21,420 nt of DNA from an uncultured Actinomycetes bacterium (GCA_963824995.1 CAWGRK010000002.1:310001-331420); one strand, 5' to 3'. Positions 1 through 11,664 are shown, counted from the first letter of the stretch. Notes: generated from the letters alone by a model not told the origin. Numbers and translations: made by a program.

Positions 1-2189
1 TCTGCCCTGCGGGGACCTTGCACATGGCGCTGGTTCGCAGCCCGTACGCCCACGCCACGGTTGAGGCGATCGACACATCGGAGGCGGACCACGCCGAAGG
101 TGTAGTGCTCGTGTTACGACCCGAGGATGTCGCCGACGTCCACGGGCCGCCTGCTCGGAATCCTCGGCGCAACATCCCCCCGCGCAGCCCGTTGGCACAG
201 GGCCGGGTGCTGATGGTGGGAGACCCGGTGGTGGCGGTGATCGCCGAGACCCCGCAGCAGGCGGTTGACGCCGCCGAGTTGGTGATCGTCGACTATGAGC
301 CTCTCCCCGTGGTGAACGACCCCGAAGAGGGGGTCGAAGCACCACCGATCCATCCGGAGATGGAGGGGAACGTCGCCTACGAGCGCAAAGGGGGGGATTC
401 GATGGCGCTCGACGCCCTCGCCGCCGCCACGGTGGTGGAGGGGACGATCGAACATCCCCGGGTGGTCCCGAGCCCCATCGAGACCCGGGCGGTGCTCGCC
501 GAATGGCGCGACGAGGTCCTGACCGTCCATCTCGGTAGCCAGGCACCCCATCTGATGGCGGAGGAGCTGGCGAAGGCGTTCGATCTCCCTCAATCGTCGG
601 TCCGGGTGGTGACGCCGTTCGTCGGTGGCGGCTTCGGCTGCAAGTTCGACCTGGCCGAGGAGGAAATGCTGGCGGTCATCGCCGCCAGGAGGTGCTCGCG
701 TCCGGTGCGCTGGGTGGAGTCACGCCGCGAACACATCGCCGTGATCGGCCATGGCAGGGCTCAGCGGCACCATTTCCGGGCAGTGGCGGGTCCCGACGGT
801 CGGATACTGGGGCTCTGGGTGGATTCGATCGTCGATTTGGGGTGCCGGCAGCGCTACCTGGCGCCGGTGCCCTCCACCCCCCGCATCGGGACAGGGCCAT
901 ACGACATCGGGGTGTATGCCTGGCGGCAGCGGGGGGTCTACACCAACAGGGCGCCGATGGGGATCTACCGGGGGGCGGGGCGACCCGAGGCGACGTTGAC
1001 ATTGGAGCGGGTGATCGACCGTGTCGCCGCCCAGCTGAGCCTTGACCCGGCGGAGGTGAGGAGGGTCAACCTGGTCCCGCCCGACCGGTTCCCGTATGCC
1101 TCGGCCGGGGGATATACCTTCGACTCGGGTGACTATCCGGCCGCGCTGCAACGGCTCCTCGAGTTGTCGCGCTATGACGACCTGCGACGTACCCAGGAGC
1201 AACTGCGTCAGGAGGGGCGGTATCTGGGGATTGGGTTGGGCGCGTACGTCGAGGCCTGTGGGTTCGAGGAATGGGAAGCGGGCCGGGTCACCGTCCACCC
1301 CGACGGATCGGTCACGGCGTCGGCGGGGACCCTCGATCAGGGTCAGGGTCACCGCACGGTCTTTGCCCAGATCGTTGCCTCCGAACTGGGGATCGAGCCA
1401 GGCAAGGTACGCGTGGAGCAGGGCGACTCTGCTGCAGCGCCATACGGCTGGGGTACGTCGGGCTCGCGTTCGGTGGCGCACGGTGGCAGCGGGGTGCTCG
1501 GCGCCGCCCGCCTCGTGGCGGCGAAGATGCGGCGGGTCGCGGCCCACGCTCTCGAGGCGGCACCCGAGGACGTCGTCCTCGCCGATGGGCAGGCAACGGT
1601 CAGGGGGACCGATGTCGCCGTCGGCTGGGAGGAGTTGGTCGGGAAAGCGTGGTCTGCCCGCCAGCTACCACCGGGCGATGAGCCGGGGCTGGAGGAGGAG
1701 CACCACTTCGTCTCGGGCGGCCTGAACTTCCCGTTCGGGATGCACCTCGCCGTGGTCGAGGTCGATGCCTCCACCGGTGACGTGGACCTGCAACAGATCT
1801 GGGCAGTGGACGACGCCGGGGTGATCGTCAACCCAATGCTCGCCGCCGGTCAGAGGCACGGCGGGCTCGCCCAGGGGATCGGCCAGGCGATGTGGGAGGA
1901 GGCGCGCTACGACCCAGAGGGGAACCTACTCACCGCCTCGATGGTGGACTACCTGCTCCCCACTGCCGGCCGGCTGCCCAGCTTTGGACTGGGGGAGACC
2001 TGCACGCCGAGCCCGACCAACCCGCTCGGGGCCAAGGGAGTAGGCGAGGCGGGAACCGTTGGCTCGACCCCGGCGGTCCTCAACGCGACGATCGACGCAT
2101 TGGCGCCACTTGGTGTCACCGATCTGCAGATCCCGCTCCGTGCAGAGAAGGTGTGGCAGGCGATACGCCGGGCCACGGGCGGCTCATAG
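1..2189 (+). CDS. Xanthine dehydrogenase family molybdopterin-binding subunit (CoxL form II/CutL-like), 5' truncated by the window
   Basis: 723+ aa ORF with VRSPYAHA, VGGGFGCK, YRGAGRPEA, GQGHRT, GTSGSRS, GGLAQGIG and GAKGVGEAG motifs; the frame is open to the window start. Confidence 0.93.
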   Translation, partial: CPAGTLHMALVRSPYAHATVEAIDTSEADHAEGVVLVLRPEDVADVHGPPARNPRRNIPPRSPLAQGRVLMVGDPVVAVIAETPQQAVDAAELVIVDYEPLPVVNDPEEGVEAPPIHPEMEGNVAYERKGGDSMALDALAAATVVEGTIEHPRVVPSPIETRAVLAEWRDEVLTVHLGSQAPHLMAEELAKAFDLPQSSVRVVTPFVGGGFGCKFDLAEEEMLAVIAARRCSRPVRWVESRREHIAVIGHGRAQRHHFRAVAGPDGRILGLWVDSIVDLGCRQRYLAPVPSTPRIGTGPYDIGVYAWRQRGVYTNRAPMGIYRGAGRPEATLTLERVIDRVAAQLSLDPAEVRRVNLVPPDRFPYASAGGYTFDSGDYPAALQRLLELSRYDDLRRTQEQLRQEGRYLGIGLGAYVEACGFEEWEAGRVTVHPDGSVTASAGTLDQGQGHRTVFAQIVASELGIEPGKVRVEQGDSAAAPYGWGTSGSRSVAHGGSGVLGAARLVAAKMRRVAAHALEAAPEDVVLADGQATVRGTDVAVGWEELVGKAWSARQLPPGDEPGLEEEHHFVSGGLNFPFGMHLAVVEVDASTGDVDLQQIWAVDDAGVIVNPMLAAGQRHGGLAQGIGQAMWEEARYDPEGNLLTASMVDYLLPTAGRLPSFGLGETCTPSPTNPLGAKGVGEAGTVGSTPAVLNATIDALAPLGVTDLQIPLRAEKVWQAIRRATGGS

Positions 2190-2210
2190 GCACACCGCCG
2201 CCCGGTTGGC

Positions 2211-4276
<2,066 letters not shown>

Positions 4277-4393
4277 CGAGGTCCTTCCATAGTGCGCGCG
4301 GCGCGACCCTAATAGCCTCCAAACGGCTCACTTCCGGCCGGTGCCATCCTGGGGTACGTTGAAGGAGGGGACGGGGGAGAGGTGTGACCCGAG

Positions 4394-4870
4394 ATGCGAG
4401 CCGTGGCTTGCCTAGTCCTGGCGATGGCCACCCTTGCTCCTGCGTCCGAGATATGCGCTGGACTCGCCGGACCGGTTGACGGTCCGGTGGTCGCCGGTTT
4501 CGCCCCTATCGGGCGGTGGGCCGGCCACTGGGGAGCCGACTTCGGGGTCGTCCCGGGCACCGAGGTGCGCGCTGCGGGTTACGGGGCCGTCAGCTTCAAC
4601 GGGATCGTGGCGGGGAACCGGACGATCACCGTGGACCACGGCGGCGGGCTCCAGACCAGCTATTCGTACCTGGAGGCTGTCACCTGGAACGGGGGAAGTG
4701 TGAGCACCGGCGAGGTGATTGCTCGCTCAGGACTGGCTCACGGCACAGAGGCACTCCACTTTTCGGTCCGGATCGACGGCAACTATGTCGACCCCATGAG
4801 CGCCCTCGGGTGCGTGCCGGTGGACATCACCAAGGCACTCTGGCTGCTGCCGCCACCCGACGGATCGTGA
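4394..4870 (+). CDS. M23 family metallopeptidase with N-terminal signal peptide
   Basis: HWGAD (HxxxD), VRAAGYGAV, ITVDHGGGLQTSYSYL, ALHFSVRIDGNYVDP; hydrophobic N-terminus; GGAGAGG upstream. Confidence 0.88.
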   Translation: MRAVACLVLAMATLAPASEICAGLAGPVDGPVVAGFAPIGRWAGHWGADFGVVPGTEVRAAGYGAVSFNGIVAGNRTITVDHGGGLQTSYSYLEAVTWNGGSVSTGEVIARSGLAHGTEALHFSVRIDGNYVDPMSALGCVPVDITKALWLLPPPDGS

Positions 4871-4930
4871 TCGGCCTGATCACCCAGTGGGACTGACCCT
4901 GGAAGGTGGAGGCGGTCCTAGGCTGCAGGC

Positions 4931-5521
4931 GTGAGGAGGGGGCTTCTCGGTGGCACTTTCGACCCGGTCCATGTCGGTCATCTCGTGGCGGGGGCTGCGG
5001 CGCGCCACCAACTCGACTTGGAAGAGGTGCGGTTCATCCCTGCCGGGGATCCCTGGCAAAAGGCAGGGCGTGATGTCACGCCTGCGGCTCATCGAACGGC
5101 CATGACCCGGTTGGCCGTCGAGGAGGCGGCCGGCTTCGAGCTGGATGAGCGCGAGGTGGTCCGGCCCGGATGGACTTTCACCGCCGACACGCTCGCCGAG
5201 TTCGACCGCGGCGACGACTTGGTTCTGATACTCGGCGCAGACTCGGCTGCCCGCCTTCCCACATGGGAACGTGCTCGCGAGGTGGTGCGGCGAGCTCGGA
5301 TCGCGGTGGCACCCCGCCCCGGCACTCCGCAGAGCGTCGTCGAGGAGGCACTCGATCAAGTGGGCAGCACTGAAGTGGTGTGGCTCGATATGCCCGACCT
5401 CGACGTCAGCGGCACCGACATTCGCGCCCGCGCCGCCGAGGACCGTCCCTTCCGGTTCCTGGTGCCCGACCCGGTGTGGAGATACGTGCTTCGTCACGAT
5501 CTCTATCTGGCTGAACGGTGA
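4931..5521 (+). CDS. nadD: Nicotinate-nucleotide adenylyltransferase
   Basis: GGTFDPVHVGH (HIGH motif), PAGDPWQK, ILGADS, VSGTDIR; conserved nadD-rsfS synteny. Confidence 0.96.
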   Translation: MRRGLLGGTFDPVHVGHLVAGAAARHQLDLEEVRFIPAGDPWQKAGRDVTPAAHRTAMTRLAVEEAAGFELDEREVVRPGWTFTADTLAEFDRGDDLVLILGADSAARLPTWERAREVVRRARIAVAPRPGTPQSVVEEALDQVGSTEVVWLDMPDLDVSGTDIRARAAEDRPFRFLVPDPVWRYVLRHDLYLAER

Positions 5522-5594
5522 GTCGACGGCAAATCCGGTGAAGCCCGGGGTCTCACTATGATCCTTCCGAGATTCGGAACAGGAGGTAGGGACC

Positions 5595-5968
5595 GTCACT
5601 GGAAGTGAATTCGAGAGCAGGATCCTCGCCGAGGCCGCCGCAGATGCGATCGATGCCAAGAAGGGCGGGGAGGTCGTCCTCCTCGAAGTGTCCCGCCTCA
5701 TACAGATCACCGACTGGTTCGTCATCGCCACCGGCACGTCCCAGCGCCACGTCCAGACGCTCGCCGAGGCCGTGGAGGAACGCCTCGACTCCTTTGAGCG
5801 CAAGCCAATCCGGATCGAGGGTCGCCAGTCGGGCTCATGGCTCCTGATCGACTACGGCGACTTCGTCGTCCACCTTTTCCTCCCCGAGACCCGTGCCTAC
5901 TACGACCTGGAGCGCCTCTGGGGCGATGCCCCCCGCATCGAGCACCAAGCCGTCAGCAGCGAAGCCGA
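5595..5968 (+). CDS. rsfS: Ribosome silencing factor RsfS (start and stop uncertain)
   Basis: AAADAIDAKKG..VVLLEV, ITDWFVIATG, RIEG, WLLIDYGDFVVHLF, YYDLERLWGD. Homology extends upstream of the called GTG at 5688. As sequenced the frame stays open to 6113, through the tRNA; the expected stop is near 5966. Confidence 0.92.
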
Positions 5969-5981
5969 CTTCGTCACCCAC

Positions 5982-5990
5982 TGGTACAAT
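5982..5990 (+). promoter_or_regulatory. Extended -10 promoter (TGnTACAAT) for tRNA-Ala
   Basis: TGGTACAAT ends 15 nt before the tRNA 5' end. Confidence 0.7.
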
Positions 5991-6005
5991 CCTCCCCTCA
6001 TCCTG

Positions 6006-6082
6006 GGGGCTGTAGCTCAGCTCGGCAGAGCACTTGCATGGCATGCAAGGGGTCAGGGGTTCAAATCCCCTCAGCTCCACCA
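6006..6082 (+). tRNA. tRNA-Ala (GGC)
   Basis: Acceptor stem GGGGCTG/CAGCTCC with G3:U70; D stem GCTC/GAGC; anticodon arm CTTGC-ATGGCAT-GCAAG; T arm AGGGG-TTCAAAT-CCCCT; encoded CCA. Confidence 0.98.
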
Positions 6083-6084
6083 AG

Positions 6085-6111
6085 AAACCCGCTGGTCACG
6101 GCGGGTTTTTT
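6085..6111 (+). terminator. Rho-independent terminator after the tRNA
   Basis: AAACCCGC-8 nt-GCGGGTTT hairpin running into a T6 tract. Confidence 0.85.
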
Positions 6112-6148
6112 GATGTCGGGTCACTTCAGGGCGCCTGCTGATCAGCTC

Positions 6149-6170
6149 TCTGGTTGCCATTCTGGTTGCC
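6149..6170 (+). repeat. 10-bp direct repeat TCTGGTTGCC x2, candidate integrase arm-type sites
   Basis: Exact copies at 6149-6158 and 6161-6170, about 70 bp from the tRNA 3' end. Confidence 0.6.
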
Positions 6171-6364
6171 TATCTCTAGCGGAGTGGCAGTCTGAATCAG
6201 GGAGTTGCAGGGCGAATCCCAAGCGTGTAGTTCCTACCGGGTTTTAGGAAGCCACCGGCGTCCCAGTTCGGCACCCGGTCCGGTCACCGAAAGAGCGGTC
6301 GTTCCTCGGATACGAGGGGAGGGGCACCCGGCGACATCGAGGCGCCCATCAGAGGAGGATTGTG

Positions 6365-6563
6365 ATGAGTACCCTACCAACGGCGAGCGACTCGCCTACT
6401 CCATCGATGAGGCGGCCTTCGCCTTGTCTGTCAGCAAAGCGACCATCTTCAGGTTGCTGCGACGCGGTGAGTTGAAGGTGTTCAAGCTCGGCAGCCGGTC
6501 CCTCGATCCCCAGTAAGCGAGATCTAGCGGCTCATCGAGCAGCGCACCGGCGTTCGTAGGTGA
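6365..6563 (+). CDS. Excisionase-family HTH (HTH_17) protein, frameshifted as sequenced
   Basis: RBS GAGGAGG then ATG 6365; ERLAYSIDEAAFALSVSKATIFRLLRRGELKVFKLGSRSL, then RLIEQRTGVRR* in another frame. Confidence 0.85.
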
Positions 6564-6566
6564 CCG

Positions 6567-6838
6567 GTGGCACCCCCAAGAGAAGACCGGCCCCCCGCTG
6601 AGGCCGGTCTCCAAGCCATCGATAGCCGTTCCGGCGCACAGGCTACCCGAGGACTCAATCACCGTCCCAGGAGAAGATCCTCCTCGCCGCCGAGTTGCTC
6701 GACCTGGCCGCTCATGCCATACACCGGGCGAAGCGGGAGCTCGGTCCCGGCGTCGTAGCCGACGAGCTGGGAATCCTCCTTTGGCGGGCCGGCCGGGTCG
6801 CCTCGGTGCTGCACCAACTGGTGCGCAAGGCGTCGTGA
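6567..6838 (+). CDS. Hypothetical protein (frameshifted)
   Basis: Helical segment KILLAAELLDLAAHAIHRAKRELG; stop overlaps the next ATG (TGATG at 6836-6840). Confidence 0.5.
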
Positions 6839-8319
6839 TGAGCGGGCGGACGCTCGATGTTGCCTTGCTCGATCTGTGGGAGAAGCTCGATCCCGGTCAC
6901 ACACCGCCCGGTTGGCCGCCCTGGAACGGCTCCGGCAGGCCGGTCACGGTGCTGTCCTCGACGGTCCGGTGCCCGAGTTCAACGGTGACCTCGCTTGGTT
7001 GGATCTCTATCTCGACGACCCGGCCGTCCTCGAGGTTTACGACGGCAACCGTGCACGGGCGCGCGGTGAGGTCGAGGCTTTCCTCGCTCTCGGCGGGATG
7101 CCGACCCCTGACCCTGCCTCCGTCCCATCGGCTCAAGGCGACCGTCCGATGCTCCACAAGGCGGGCCTGCACGGAATACCCGGCAAGGTGGTCCGCACCC
7201 TCGACCCTGCGCACCCGAGGCTGACCCGGCGGCGCTGCTCCTCGGATTCCTGGCCGCCTTCGGCAGCGTCGTCGGCAGGGGCCCGCACATGACCGCCGGC
7301 GCCGATCGGCATCCGCCCCGGCTCAACGTGCTCATCGTGGGCCGCACCTCGCGCGCTCGGAAGGGTTCGGCGTGGTCCGAGGTGGAGCGGGTGATGACCG
7401 TCGCCGACGATGCCTGGGTCGAGTTCAACCTGCAGTCGGGGCTCGCCTCGGGCGAAGGGCTCATAGCCCACCTGGAGAAGCTCGAGGACCGGCGGCTCCT
7501 CATCGTCGAGCACGAGTTCGTCCGGGTGCTTCGGGTCAGCCGGCGGGACGGCTCGATCCTCTCACCGGTGCTGCGCGATGCGTGGGACGGGCGGGTGCTT
7601 CAGAACCTCACCAAGCAGCAGCCGCATCGGGTGACGGGGCGCACGTCTCGATGGTGGGGACTATCACCGCCGCCGAGCTGCGCCGCACCCTCGACGACAG
7701 CGAGATCGCCAATGGCTTCGCCAACAGATACCTGATGGTGTGGGCGGAGCGATCGAAGCGGCTCCCCGGCGGAGGCAACCTCGATCCGCTCGTGCTGAAG
7801 GACCTCGGTCTAGAAGTGGGGAACGCCATCGCCCGTGCCAAGACGATCGGAACGATGTCGAGGTCCCCGGCAGCGGAGGCCGCATGGCGCGAGGTGTACG
7901 GGGCTCTCCGGGATGACGTCCCCGGGCTCGTTGGCGACCTGCTCGCCCGACTCGAGGCCCAGCTGCTCCGGCTCCAGGTCATCTATGCGCTCGCTGCGGG
8001 CTCCGCCGTCGTCGAGATGTCCCACCTCCAGGCGGCATGTGCCGTCGCCGACTACTGGATGGAAAGCCTGGTGGAGATCTTCGGTGAGCACACCGGAGAT
8101 CCCGACGCCGAGAAGGTCATCGGGTTCCTCGCCGAACGAGGCGACCTGACCCGCAACGACCTGTACCAGCTCACCGGCAAGCACTGGAGCACGGTCCGGA
8201 TCGACAACGTGATCGCGTCGCTGTTGGAGGCGGGGCGGATCGAGGTTGAGGAACGCGACACCGGAGGCCGCCCGGTCACCGTGCTCCGCCGTGCGTCTAA
8301 AGCGTCCTATGCGTTCTAA
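6838..8319 (+). CDS. DUF3987/YfjI-family putative replicative helicase with C-terminal winged helix; about 3 frameshifts
   Basis: Stitched frames give EADPAALLLGFLAAFG, LNVLIVGRTSRARKGS (Walker A-like), SGEGL, LLIVEHEF (Walker B-like), LRDAWDG, SMVGTIT, NGFANRYL, ARLEAQLLRL, LTRNDL..TGGRP. Confidence 0.82.
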
Positions 8320-8376
8320 AGCCCCCGCTGTCGTCGGCGGGCACACCCTTATGACGCTTCTGACGCATAAGACGCA
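8292..8376. repeat. Two inverted arrays of three 9-bp iterons, putative replication origin
   Basis: Plus strand TGCGTCTAA/AGCGTCCTA/TGCGTTCTA (8292-8318); minus strand TGCGTCTTA/TGCGTCAGA/AGCGTCATA (8350-8376). Confidence 0.75.
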
Positions 8377-8397
8377 CCGGGAAACCGGGCGGTCCTG

Positions 8398-8994
8398 ATG
8401 GCTCGTCCGGTCGCCGCTGTGCAGTCCTGGCGGACCAACGCCGAGCTCATCGTTGACGTCGCGCGACTCGGCTACCTCGAGGGGCGGGTCCTCGATGTCA
8501 CCTACGGGCTCGGGGCCTGGTGGAAGCTGTACGAGCCGCCGGGTTTGATCGTTCCACCCCGGGGCACCGACTTCACCGACCTCCCCTATGCGGACCGCTC
8601 GGTCGATGTGGTGGCATTCGACCCGCCTTACCGGTTGAACGGCACCCCTGACCGCGGCCTCTTCGACGTTCGCTACGGCATCCAGGTGCCGACGCGCTGG
8701 CAAGACCGGCACGCGCTGATCCGCGCTGGGATCGTCGAGCAGGCGCGGAAGCTTCGACGCGCCGGGCGGCTGCTCCTCAAATGCCAGGACCAGGTGTGCT
8801 CGGGCAAGGTCCGCTGGCAGACGATCGAGTTCGCCATGACAGCCAAGAACGCCGGACTCGACCTGGTGGACCGATTCGACCTGGTGGGTCCCGTCCGCGC
8901 CCAACCACCAGGACGCCGCCAGATCCACGCCCGTCGCAACGCTTCGACTCTGCTCGTCTTCCGACTTCCGCCCAACGGGCGCGGGACAAGATGA
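8398..8994 (+). CDS. Phage-type SAM-dependent DNA amino-methyltransferase
   Basis: VLDVTYGLG (motif I), DFTDLPY, VVAFDPPY (motif IV), LRRAGRLLLK. Confidence 0.82.
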   Translation: MARPVAAVQSWRTNAELIVDVARLGYLEGRVLDVTYGLGAWWKLYEPPGLIVPPRGTDFTDLPYADRSVDVVAFDPPYRLNGTPDRGLFDVRYGIQVPTRWQDRHALIRAGIVEQARKLRRAGRLLLKCQDQVCSGKVRWQTIEFAMTAKNAGLDLVDRFDLVGPVRAQPPGRRQIHARRNASTLLVFRLPPNGRGTR

Positions 8995-9320
8995 TCGAGG
9001 TCGGGCGCTCCGCGATGAGCGAGAGGGACCTCGACCGCGCAGTCGCCGACATCGCTCGCCGCACCCACTGGTTGAGGTACCACACCTATCGGTCGCAGCG
9101 ATCCCCGTCCGGGTTCCCCGACTTGTGCCTGGTGAGGCCGCCCAGGGTGTTGTTCATCGAGCTCAAGAGTGAGAAGGGCAAGCCGACTACCGACCAGGCG
9201 CGTTGGCTCCAGCTGCTCGAGCGTTGCCCCGGCATCGAGGTGTACCTGTGGCGGCCAGCGGACTTTGAGCGGATCGCCAAAGTCCTCTCGCCTCGTTGGC
9301 GCGATGGGCCACCATCGTGA
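8991..9320 (+). CDS. VRR-NUC domain nuclease
   Basis: SGFPDLCLV, LFIELKSEKGKPTTDQARWL, YLWRP; ATGA overlap with the MTase. Confidence 0.88.
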   Translation: MIEVGRSAMSERDLDRAVADIARRTHWLRYHTYRSQRSPSGFPDLCLVRPPRVLFIELKSEKGKPTTDQARWLQLLERCPGIEVYLWRPADFERIAKVLSPRWRDGPPS

Positions 9321-9697
9321 CCGCCGTGCGCGCCGCCTGGACCGAGAGGGAGCTGCATCTCAAGGAGAAGGTCGAATCGGGTCGCTCGGTCCTCGCCAAC
9401 GAGAGCACCGACAAAGCCCTCGTCGCCTGGGCGCAGTCGGAGGGGCGTTACCGCTACATCGGCCGGCCTACACGTCGGCACAAAGGCAGCCGATGGGCCA
9501 ACCCCTACCGCATACCCCAGGACGGCGACCGGAAGCAGGTCATCGCGCTCTTCGTCGAGATGCTGCGGCGTGATCGCGATTGGCTTGAGGGGATCGAGGA
9601 TCTCGGTGGCGGGAAGGTGCTCGCTTGCTGGTGCGCCCTTGAGGACTGCCACGGCGACGTCCTGCTCGAGAAGCTCAGCGAAAGGAGGCCGTCGTGA
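9317..9697 (+). CDS. DUF4326 domain protein
   Basis: YIGRP..GSRWANPY, LGGGKVLACWCALEDCHGDVL; GTGA overlap. Confidence 0.85.
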   Translation: MTAVRAAWTERELHLKEKVESGRSVLANESTDKALVAWAQSEGRYRYIGRPTRRHKGSRWANPYRIPQDGDRKQVIALFVEMLRRDRDWLEGIEDLGGGKVLACWCALEDCHGDVLLEKLSERRPS

Positions 9698-10309
9698 CAT
9701 TCATCGATCGCTCGGTCATGTTTTCGGGTGGGGTCATGGCCAGGATGGGGGAGTACGGGAGTGGTCTCTTCCGATTCGACGGGACCGGGGTCCTCCACCC
9801 GGATGTCCCGCCCGCCCGGTGGGGTGAGGTGGTGGGCATGCTCCTCGACGACGCCGGAACCGAGAGCCGCTTGGGCATGGTCACAGCCGATGCTCGTGCT
9901 CTCCCGTTCCGGGATGCGACGCTCGCCGCGGTCGCCTATGCCCTCGTGTCGCCTGTCGATCCCGACGACAACGGCGCCATTCCGTGGGGATCGAGACAAC
10001 CGCGACTTCCACCGTGCCGCCTGGCTCGAGGTGAGCAGGGTGCTCAGACCGGGCGGTGTGCTCCTCCTCAACTGGCAGCACTTCATCCGCAAGGGCGCGG
10101 GCGGCGCGGTGAGCCGCTGGCACTTCAGCACGCTCACCGGTCTCGGGTACGAACCGATGACCCGGGCGGCGCTGGACCGGGCGGAGGAGAAAGCTCCGGG
10201 GCCGGAGTACGCCGCCGCCGTCAAGGAGATGATGACCCTTCGGCGGCCGACGACCATCCGCCACGGTGGCGACGCCCAGGACGACAATTACGAGACCGAG
10301 GAGGACTGA
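9694..10309 (+). CDS. Class I SAM-dependent methyltransferase (phage type), frameshifted or degenerate
   Basis: ADARALPFRD in one frame and DFHRAAWLEVSRVLRPGGVLLLN..HFIRKG in the next. Confidence 0.7.
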
Positions 10310-11215
10310 TGTTCGGATCGAGCAAGCGACCGAAAGAGGAACCCGAGAAGCCGTACCGGTACGAGCCTGATCGTCCCGAGGTGCCCGAGTACCAGCCCCT
10401 CCAGCCCGCTCGTTTCATGGCGGGGATGCCCAACCTCGCCGGCCACCTCGCCGCCCTCAACGGCATCAACCGGCCGATGCTGCCCCCGACAGATCTGGCT
10501 CGCCGCCACCTCCCCGAGCTGGCCGACGTGATCAAGGAGGTGGGCGACGCCGACGCTGCCGCCTTTTACGCGGCGCGGGAGTGGATGAGCGCCCAAGCCG
10601 GCGAAGGATTCAAGGACGCTCTAACCGCCGATGCGGAGTGGGTCGCGCCCCTGGCTGGAGGAGGGGGAACGTCCGCCGTCCGACGACGGCCCGCTCTTCA
10701 CCCACATGACCAAGGGGATCCCCGAAGCGTTCGCCGAAGCGTTCCACGCCCAGGTCGCAGCCGACCTCGCCGACCGCCGCGCCCGGCAGTTCGGCGCCAG
10801 CGACGCGGTGCGGAAGCCTTTGGATGAGATGACCGACGACTTCGCCTTGCAGATCCAAGGCCGACTCGAGCGAGCCAGGGACCACAAGGACCGGCGCGCC
10901 TACGACGATGCACTTGACATCTGCGGTACGTGGTCGGAAGCGAGCGCGCTGTGGGAGTGGAGCGCCAACACCTCCAAGGCGTTCCGGAACCGCAGCCCCC
11001 ACTCCGCTCCCCGCCACCTGGCAGTCCTGGAGTTCGAGGCGGCAACCGAGATCGGGCTCAACCCGAGCGTGGTCCCCGTCGAGGTGCTGGAAGACCCGGC
11101 TGCTCCGCCCAGCAAACTGTTCCCCGCCACGCGACCCCGGGCCCCGTTCCAGGTCATCGGCGAAGAGCCGAAATGGGGACCGGACGGGCCACCCGGCTCC
11201 CGGAGGGGAAGCTGA
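10309..11215 (+). CDS. Hypothetical protein (~300 aa, one frameshift near 10650)
   Basis: GAGGAG RBS and TGATG overlap; MFGSSKRPKEEPEK..DAEWVAP joins WLEEGERPP..RRGS*. Confidence 0.7.
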
Positions 11216-11641
11216 TGGGCAATTGGCACGTCGTGCTCCCCGCGGGACCTCGAGCCCGAGTGGCTCCCGGTGATCCCGGCAGGCTGATGGTGTGGGGTCC
11301 CGGCGAGTACAACGGCGCCGGCATCGGCATCGCCAGCCGCGGTCGTCGGGCCCGACGGCCTGGTGGTGAGCATGGACGACTCCACCTTCACCGACCACTG
11401 CAGCGGAGGGTCCAAGGACGATCCCTACGCCAAGCCCCACAGTCACGCCCTCGATATCACCAACGGTGTCACCAGGTATGCGCGACCGCTCCTGGTGGAG
11501 ACACCGACCGGGTTCGGCCTGGTCGGCTTGGAGTTGTGGGGGGTGGACTTCGAGGGCGGCAACGAGGTCGAGCTGCAGCCAGGGTCACAACCAATGCCGT
11601 CGATCCCACCACGGCCCCGGGTCACGGTCTTGGGTGAGTAG
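11215..11641 (+). CDS. Hypothetical beta-rich protein (~140 aa, frameshift near 11340)
   Basis: TGATG overlap; MGNWHVVLPAG..GIGIAS joins VVSMDDSTF..VTVLGE*. Confidence 0.62.
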
Positions 11642-11664
11642 GTCGCAGCGAAAGGAGGAACGAG

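Noticed and set aside
955..995. Bona fide aerobic CO dehydrogenase large subunit (form I coxL)
   Set aside because: The active-site loop is IYRGAGR (form II/other Mo-hydroxylase type), not AYxCSFR; CO oxidation cannot be claimed.
114..2176. Many overlapping antisense or alternate-frame ORFs here and throughout the window
   Set aside because: Arg/Pro/Gly-rich shadow ORFs expected in high-GC DNA overlapping well-supported genes.
5966..6113. RsfS C-terminal extension translated through the tRNA
   Set aside because: Most simply a lost stop (GCC [T]GA near 5966) from a 1-nt error; a tRNA promoter lies in this stretch. Needs read check.
6584..6610. Hairpin AGACCGGCC/GGCCGGTCT as a terminator
   Set aside because: No U-tract and it lies inside a probable CDS start; function unsupported.
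8292..8376. CRISPR array
   Set aside because: Units are 9 bp and tandem, without spacers; no cas genes were seen in the window.
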